Shown here in pieces: positions 26,574 through 32,000 of a stretch of 32,000 bases of DNA. The position numbers and the translations under genes are program-made. This DNA comes from Pyrodictium abyssi (GTDB lineage Archaea > Thermoproteota > Thermoprotei_A > Sulfolobales > Pyrodictiaceae). The stretch lies in assembly GCF_036323395.1 (NCBI RefSeq), contig NZ_AP028907.1:1590001-1622000 (forward strand). The letters are read 5' to 3'. Position 1 is the stretch's first letter, and the number at the start of each line of letters is the position of its first letter. The notes below the pieces were generated by a model. That model had not been told where the DNA came from. It ran no database searches and was given only the letters and a program-made list of their open reading frames with translations.

Positions 26574-27465
26574 GCACGCCACCGGTCAGCACTGCAAAGA
26601 CGTCTTCAAGGTCAATCGGGGACACACGGAACGATGCTTCCCGACTTGCCAGTAGCTCAACAATCTCCTCTAGCATGCCTCTGCTTGGGATGTACACTAG
26701 CAGTCTATCCCCAAGCCTGGCAACCCTAACGCGAGTACCATAGGCTGCTAGTATATGCTCGAGCACCTCCCTGTGGCCCTCTACCACGAGTTTATAGCGG
26801 AAAGGGATCTCCTGCTTCAACTCCTCTACAGAGCCTATAGCCCTGATAACACCCCGCTCTAGCAGGGCTACTCTCGTAGAGATGTTCTCCGCCTCGACCC
26901 CCAGGTTAGTGGTCACGAACAAGAAGCTGCTCGTCTTCATACGCAGTAATAGCTCCCATGTACTCCTCCGGGCGTACGGGTCAAGGCCGAGCGTCGGCTC
27001 GTCAAGAAAGATGAGAGCTGCATGGGTAGCCATAGCTGCCGCGAGGAGGACTCTCCTCCTGAGCCCGCCTGACAGTAGCATACATGGCTTACTCCTATAC
27101 TCCCACAAGTCAAGGTCCTTGAGGACTTCTTCTGTCCTCATCTTGGCCTCCGAGAAGCTCCAGCCCCGTGCTACGAGAAGCCAGTAGACAAACTCCCAGG
27201 GAGTAACGTCACCCAGGGGCCTACCCTCCTGAGGCATAATAGCTATCTCTCTTCTAATTCTCTTCGCGTCCGATAGAGGGTAGCCGAGCACTTCTACATA
27301 GCCCTTACTCGGCTTAAGCTGGGTAGATAGTATCCTTACCAGTGTCGTCTTGCCAGCCCCGTTCGGGCCCATGAGGCAGAAGATGTTATCATTACTTCTC
27401 ACCTCAAGGTTTATGCCTCTTAAAGCGTATGTACCGCCAGGATACGTAAAATGCAAGTCTTCCAC
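26566..27465 (-). CDS. ABC transporter ATP-binding protein (exporter type)
   Basis: Walker A GPNGAGKTT, signature LSGGLRRRV, Walker B LIFLDEPTLGLD, with a GTG start. Confidence 0.9.
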   Translation of the reverse strand: MEDLHFTYPGGTYALRGINLEVRSNDNIFCLMGPNGAGKTTLVRILSTQLKPSKGYVEVLGYPLSDAKRIRREIAIMPQEGRPLGDVTPWEFVYWLLVARGWSFSEAKMRTEEVLKDLDLWEYRSKPCMLLSGGLRRRVLLAAAMATHAALIFLDEPTLGLDPYARRSTWELLLRMKTSSFLFVTTNLGVEAENISTRVALLERGVIRAIGSVEELKQEIPFRYKLVVEGHREVLEHILAAYGTRVRVARLGDRLLVYIPSRGMLEEIVELLASREASFRVSPIDLEDVFAVLTGGVHG

Positions 27466-27591
27466 ATAGACTACAGAGCTACGAGCAATAGCACTCCACC
27501 ACTACTAAAGATTATGTAATGGGGGTATAGCGGTGATAAAAGTTACCGCCTCCTCCTGGGCCTAGGGCATCCTTCAGGGGATATGGCCTCT

Positions 27592-27975
27592 CTAGTGCTG
27601 TGGAGGTGTACTAGTTGCTGAAGGTGAAAAGCCCACGGATACAGTGCATGGCGCTGTTTTTGCCGTGGGCAGATGCTGCATACTTTTTACTCCCTTCTTC
27701 TCCGCGTAGTCCTCGTCATCGTCTCCGATGAGTGCTCCTGCGAGCACAGCTACCGTCCTCTTACTGGGATAGCGCCTCTTCATGGCTTCTAGCTTCCCGG
27801 GGAGCACGTTCACGTCACGGCACCTAGGCTTCACCTTGACCTCGACGACTTAGACCGGCCTGTCGGTGGCCAGTAGTAGGTCTATGTCCTCGCCGTCCAG
27901 CCTGGCACTGCGGTGGCGCTGTGGCAGCCTCTCCCCGCGGCCCACTATCTCCTCGCGCAGATCCCCCAGACGGTC
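27592..27975 (-). pseudogene. remnant of a PD-(D/E)xK nuclease-like archaeal gene with in-frame stop
   Basis: My translation reads DRLGDLREEIVGRGERLPQRHRSARLDGEDIDLLLATDRPV*VVEVKVKPRCRDVNVLPGKLEAMKRRYPSKRTVAVLAGALIGDDDEDYAEKKGV. This shows the D...E-V-K pattern, with a TAA at 27852..27850 inside the core strand and another TAA at 27978..27976. The N-terminal part is missing. Confidence 0.5.
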
Positions 27976-28075
27976 TTAGCGTAGAAGGATTCGCTGAGAG
28001 CGCAGTGTTGCCGGGTGCTGTTCGTTTTACCCGGGGTTTCAGGGTAGTCTTGGTATATGGTGGTGCCTGGTGGAG

Positions 28076-28291
28076 ATGAAGGATCAGTTACGACAGAGTA
28101 GCCGACGCGTTATACATCAAGTTGAGGGGCGACGAGGTTGCTGACTCAGACGAGGTGGCTCCTGGTATAATAGTGGACTTCAACGATAAGGGGGAGATTG
28201 TCGGAATAGAAGTGCTGGGGTTTCCCGTAAGAGAATAGACCTGGCAAAACTAGTTGTAGAAGGTCTTGAAACGTTGGTGGCCAGCACTTGA
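28076..28291 (+). pseudogene. DUF2283-family (putative antitoxin) gene broken by two frameshifts
   Basis: ATG AAG at 28076 is followed in the next frame by ISYDRVADALYIKLRGDEVADSDEVAPGIIVDFNDKGEIVGIEVLGF (stop 28236..28238). Back in the original frame comes KRIDLAKLVVEGLETLVAST*, whose TGA overlaps the TTG start of the next gene (ACTTGAAG). Confidence 0.7.
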
Positions 28292-28530
28292 AGATACGCT
28301 GCACGTTTCACGCGATAGAGCGTATGCGGCAGCGAGGTATAAAACGAGAAGAGGTCGAAGACTGTCTAGATGACCCCGATAGAATTCTTGAGGTCGAAGA
28401 ACTCAAGTGCGTAAAGAGATTGAACGGTAAGGTCCTAGTAGTGGTTTATAGGAAGGATGCCGACGCAGTCGTAGTCATAACGGCCTTCCGTTCATCAAAG
28501 CTGCACAGGTACTTGCAGACAGCGCTATAA
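28288..28530 (+). CDS. DUF4258-family protein (putative toxin partner of DUF2283), apparently intact
   Basis: FHAIERMRQRGIKREEVEDCL...VLVVVYRKDADAVVVITAF matches the H-A-x-E-R-M-x-x-R-G-I hallmark. 80 aa with a TTG start. Confidence 0.75.
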   Translation: MKIRCTFHAIERMRQRGIKREEVEDCLDDPDRILEVEELKCVKRLNGKVLVVVYRKDADAVVVITAFRSSKLHRYLQTAL

Positions 28531-28796
28531 ATCAAAAAGACTCCCAAATTATCGCCGGAGCCTCCGCTGAGGCTCTAGGCCGAGAACTGCAGCCTGTATG
28601 CAGGGGTGTATGAGGGCTAAAGCTGCTCGGCACTACTAGTGTAGAGCTGGCTCTCTGTATAGCTGATGTCAAGCCGTACCGGGGACTGGGTAAGAACAAG
28701 GATACTTAAGCGTCCATGGGCAAGGTCGGTTTATATACTGGGGTTGTATACGCTACTGTATACGGTTGTGTAGACTAGAATGGAGGGTCTGCGGTC

Positions 28797-29021
28797 TTGT
28801 CCTCTGATGTCGTCTCGGTGCGTGTCCCTAAAGAGCTGAAGGAGAAGATGAGAAAGTACGATATCGACTGGGCTGAGGAGATAAGAAAATTCCTTGAGAA
28901 GCGTGTTAAGAGCCTAGAGGCACTAGAAGTCCTAGAGGCCGTCGGAGCCCGGGCCCAGAAGAGGAGAACCCGTTTCGACTCCGCCAGGGTTATCAGAGAA
29001 GCCAGGGACGAGCATTGGTAG
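28797..29021 (+). CDS. vapB: VapB-type ribbon-helix-helix antitoxin
   Basis: VVSVRVPKELKEKMRKYDIDWAEEIRKFLEKRV. The stop overlaps the start of the PIN gene. TTG start. Confidence 0.8.
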   Translation: MSSDVVSVRVPKELKEKMRKYDIDWAEEIRKFLEKRVKSLEALEVLEAVGARAQKRRTRFDSARVIREARDEHW

Positions 29022-29440
29022 TGCTTGACGCTTCGTTCATAGCGAAGATTCTGCTCGAGGAGGAGGGCTCGGAGAAGGCACGGAGACTCCTACGGGACTG
29101 GATCCTCCGGGACGAGGGGCTTGTAACAGTTGACCTGGCGTTCTCGGAGGTTCTCAACGCCCTATGGAAGCATGCAGCGGTACTCGGCGACCTAGAGCCT
29201 GGGGAGGCTCTTGAGGCAGCAAAAGACCTTACCCGTGTCTGGCGCCTGCTGGATGTGTCCATGGCTGCTGGGCTAGCCGTAGAGGCTCTCAGGCTAGCAC
29301 TAGAGGAGGGCATCACAGCCTATGATGCTCTATACTTGGCGCTCGCGCTGAAACGGAGAACAAGCCTAGCAACCTTCGACACCAGGCTAGCCGAGACGGC
29401 TAGGAAGAGAGGAGTACCAGTCTACGGGCTAGAAGAGTAG
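29015..29440 (+). CDS. vapC: PIN-domain ribonuclease toxin VapC
   Basis: Conserved acidic positions VLDAS, FSEVLN, AYDALYLALA and TFDTRL. 141 aa, starting at TTG 29015 or GTG 29021 and overlapping the vapB stop. Confidence 0.85.
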   Translation: MVVLDASFIAKILLEEEGSEKARRLLRDWILRDEGLVTVDLAFSEVLNALWKHAAVLGDLEPGEALEAAKDLTRVWRLLDVSMAAGLAVEALRLALEEGITAYDALYLALALKRRTSLATFDTRLAETARKRGVPVYGLEE

Positions 29441-29829
29441 CATTGTAAACCCTACAAGACAATAGCTAACTGTATCGTCTCTGCTGCGGGCTGCCGAGCA
29501 AGGCATAACAAGATAGGAACCGTAGTTGTCCGCAACGCTGCGCTAGATTGTAATGAGGTGCTGTCAACGGCTTGGCCATCTGCGTGACATAACAGTGTAC
29601 ACCATCGTATATGGAGCATGCTCGGAGGCCCATGTAGCGGTGCCATATCCTGTTTGTGCTTCAAATGTGTCTTCTCTCGGCTGATACCGGCTACCCGCGT
29701 CTTCACGCGTTCCAGGGGTTTAGACGGGCTCCTGAAGGTGTCCTTGGACACTATCCCGAATGGGGCCGGGGATGGTTGAGTAGTTTTCGGTTTTCTGCCT
29801 AGAACTCTCTTTGTTCATGGTTGGTGGGG

Positions 29830-30546
29830 CTAGGGTTCTAGTAGCTCGGTGCCGGTTCTTGCCAGCTCTATTACTGTGCGGCGGCTCTGGGCTGTGAGCT
29901 TGGCGGCTGAGAGTAGGCGGCGGCTGAGCCTGCTGGCTAGCTTTAGGGCCTCGCGTAGCAGCTCTACCTCGGGGCCGTCGTAGCCTAGCTCCTCGGCGCG
30001 GCGTAGCAGCCTCGCTGCTAGCTCTAGCTCGTTGAAGGCCAGTGCGCGTAGCCTGGCGAGCTCGGTGCGGGCTAGCCGGGGCTTGGCTGCTAGGCGGCGT
30101 AGCTCCTCGAGCATGCCCGGGGGGTCTAGGCTCGCTATCTGTATCCTTAGCAGCTCTGTCTCCGGGTCTAGGGGCTCTTCCTTGTCGCCCTCCAGCGGGG
30201 GCTCTGTGGCGTCTACGCCCTGGTCGTAGGCGTCGAGGGCCTCCACCACGGCGTCTAGGTCGAGGAAGCGCCACCAGTGCTGGTTGCTGCTCCGGTAGCT
30301 GGTCTCGATGACCCCGTAGTCACGCTCCAGTACGCGGAGGAGCATCGAAGGGTTGTAGTCTATGCCCCAGGCCTTTAGCCGGGCTACGACCTCCCGGTGG
30401 CTGAAGTCGCCTAGGCGGACCCCGCGGCGCCCCTGAGTGGACAGGGCGGCGTCTACCGCGGCGCGGAGTACGGCATACCCTCTCTCCCCGTACTCCGCGA
30501 GGAACTCTAGCACTCTCTCCCGGATACCGGGCGCCGCGGAGCCCAT
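29830..30546 (-). CDS. hypothetical protein (238 aa), helical C-terminal half
   Basis: The track ORF starts at 30651, but a plausible start is ATG 30546 (MGSAAPGIRERVLEFLAEYG). Conserved-looking core GVIETSYRSSNQHWWRFLD. No family recognised. GC-rich, unlike its neighbours. Confidence 0.6.
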   Translation of the reverse strand: MGSAAPGIRERVLEFLAEYGERGYAVLRAAVDAALSTQGRRGVRLGDFSHREVVARLKAWGIDYNPSMLLRVLERDYGVIETSYRSSNQHWWRFLDLDAVVEALDAYDQGVDATEPPLEGDKEEPLDPETELLRIQIASLDPPGMLEELRRLAAKPRLARTELARLRALAFNELELAARLLRRAEELGYDGPEVELLREALKLASRLSRRLLSAAKLTAQSRRTVIELARTGTELLEP

Positions 30547-30913
30547 AGCAGGCACCTTAGCTAGCAGCGGGCTGGCGGGTCGAAGTGGGAGGGGCCCCGG
30601 GCCCCCTACACTAGTAGTACAGTTGGCGGGGCTAGAAGCCAGATACACCAATGAAGGGGCCCCTACACGAAGACCCCGGGGTACTACCAGCGTAGCAGCC
30701 CAGGATCACCGCCGGGGCCTAGCGGCATACTCTGGGGCGGAGGAGAATCGCCCCTAGGCCCTTGGTGGCGGGGGTGCTTGGCTTCGAGGGCCCCTGGAGG
30801 CTCTAATTCTGGGGTCAATGGCGTCTGCCTGGCCTGTTTTGTTGCCGGCTGGTTGTCTATGGGGAGCCGTAGCGCGTTGTCCATGGTTTTGAGGGGGTTC
30901 GGTGGACAAGCTA

Positions 30914-31205
30914 ATGAGGGATGCTAGTGCTCTAGGGGTGGAGGGGTTGTAGTTGTCCTATAGCGGGCTTGCCGAGATACTGAGGAGGGAGCGGGTGCAC
31001 TACCCCGGACCCGGAGAAGCTGTTCCTTGTGCTTGGGCTCTTCCTCTCTGGTAGGATCTCGGCTGGTAAGGCTGCGGAGCTGCTAGGCCTCCGCGTAGAC
31101 GAGTTCTACCGGCTGCTCATGAGGCTCGGTATAGAGTACAGCATCTACGACGAGGGAGAGGCTCTGGAGGAGCTGGAGGCCTATGAGAGAGTCTTCAGGG
31201 CCTAG
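30914..31205 (+). pseudogene. UPF0175-family antitoxin, apparently disrupted (in-frame TAG plus frameshift)
   Basis: The C-terminal part is clean: PEKLFLVLGLFLSGRISAGKAAELLGLRVDEFYRLLMRLGIEYSIYDEGEALEELEAYERVFRA*. It has no start before GTG 31029, and TGA at 30981 is in frame. The expected N-terminus (MRDASALGVEGL*LSYSGLAEILRRERVHY) lies in another frame with a TAG at 30950. Confidence 0.55.
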
Positions 31206-31206
31206 A

Positions 31207-31679
31207 GTGGTGCTCAACTCGTCTCCTATCATCCTGCTTGCTAAGCTGGGGCTTCTCCGGAGCGCTGTAGAACTCTTCAGTGAAGTCGAAGTCCCTGAGG
31301 CTGTTGTCGAGGAGGTGAACAGGAAACGTGATGAAGCCAGCCAGGAGCTAACAAGGCTCATTGAGGAGGGGCTGGTCAAAGTCGAGCATGTCGGGAGGAT
31401 GCTGCCCAGGCTTGGCCGCGGCGAATCCAGGTAATACTCCTTGCAATGGCGAGAAACAAGGCAGTTGTCCTGGATGACCGCCGGGCCAGGAGGCTAGCTA
31501 GGGAGCTAGGGCTGGAGGTCATCGGGACACTCGCTATACTGCGGAGGCTCTACGAGACCGGGATTCTCCGTGTCACACCGTCTAAACTGTATCAGAGGCT
31601 ACTTGGCCTAGGATTCTACATCGATAAGGAATTATTCAATAGGGTAGTCGGCCCCACTGTGCCCGATAACGATGACTAA
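31207..31679 (+). pseudogene. DUF3368-type PIN-like nuclease (partner of UPF0175), split by a 1-nt frameshift
   Basis: ORF 31183..31434 ends ...LGRGESR*, and ORF 31446..31679 continues the family (AVVLDDRRARRLARELGLEVIGTLAILRRLYETGIL). Reading tcc(c)ag gta ata ctc ctt gca restores GRGESQVILLAMARNKAVVLDD. The lesion is at the CC run 31427..31428. Confidence 0.7.
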
Positions 31680-31887
31680 TGGGGAGTAGGAGACGAGGCA
31701 TTCGTGTCTAGCCTTCCCCCTCCCCCGTCTACGTGCTACGTGTATTTGCTAGTGGCTTGAGGGCTTCATTGTTCTTGGGCTGCTTCGCTGGCGTCTGCTT
31801 GGGCCTGTGTGACGGAGTAGCCTGGCTATCGGCTATGAATGACCCAAGGCCGTAGGGTCTTGACGCCGCTGCTCCTATACTATAGGC

Positions 31888-31974
31888 CCGTAGGCCCGTT
31901 TATGGCCGCCTTTTGAGGGTATGGCGGGCTAGCCCATGGCACCATATACCCTGGCATCTTGTACGGGCCTACGG
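31888..31974. repeat. nested imperfect hairpin / possible structured RNA or element end
   Basis: A 12-bp perfect stem CCGTAGGCCCGT (31888..31899) pairs with ACGGGCCTACGG (31963..31974). It encloses a 7-bp stem AGGGTAT/ATACCCT (31916..31922 and 31946..31952) and the central palindrome GGGCTAGCCC (31926..31935). No ORF covers it. Confidence 0.5.
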
Positions 31975-32000
31975 CTAGCCACCTCTAACCATAATTATTG

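Noticed and set aside
1-32000. CRISPR arrays, tRNA or rRNA genes, and IS elements or integrases
   Set aside because: I noticed no regularly spaced direct repeats, no T-loop (GGTTCRAATCC) or its complement in a tRNA-like context, and no transposase or integrase motifs in any ORF. A tRNAscan or Infernal run would be needed to be certain.
1-32000. Very high density of CTAG and of GCTAGC/CCTAGG palindromes in the GC-rich parts
   Set aside because: This is most simply explained by the codon style (CTA Leu, AGC/GCT, TAG stops) rather than by a repeat family or restriction-related signal. It also lowers the significance of CTAG-based motif matches.

Overview
This is a GC-rich archaeal chromosome segment. 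Codon style (CTA/ATA/AGG), TATA boxes about 25-35 nt upstream of starts, a ThiD-ThiN fusion, a short QueF-like gene, PaREP1 and an NfeD-stomatin pair suggest a hyperthermophilic crenarchaeon of the Aeropyrum/Desulfurococcales type; the organism guess is inference only. Roughly 1-18.6 kb and 20.4-24.6 kb hold ordinary housekeeping, transport and surface genes: a DUF711 protein, a Dpp/Opp-type ABC importer, ThiDN, two ABC-2 exporters, QueF-like, a sugar nucleotidyltransferase, a thioesterase, a COG4880 beta-propeller protein, M17 and M1-like peptidases, and NfeD/stomatin. I recognised no rRNA, tRNA or CRISPR array. Three things stand out. (1) A strongly AT-rich block of about 1.5 kb (about 18.69-20.21 kb) looks foreign. 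It carries a radical-SAM/SPASM maturase gene cut off inside its SPASM motif, preceded by a 44-codon Cys-terminated ORF with TATA-like and SD-like signals, so it may be the remnant of a RiPP-like cassette. Its right junction, at an AGATCT palindrome, also truncates a vapB-like gene. (2) A lower-GC accessory block (about 24.6-31.7 kb) holds a methyltransferase, an ABC-2 exporter and a cluster of toxin-antitoxin-type modules. Most of these are visibly decayed by frameshifts or in-frame stops (DUF2283 beside an intact DUF4258, UPF0175 plus DUF3368-PIN, a nuclease-like remnant), while one vapBC pair is intact. (3) There are regulatory-looking palindromes, including a perfect 10+3+10 bp palindrome in a divergent promoter whose core recurs on the other side of an HTH-membrane regulator gene, and a nested roughly 90-nt hairpin at the right edge. 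All family assignments come from motif recognition by eye, since no searches could be run.
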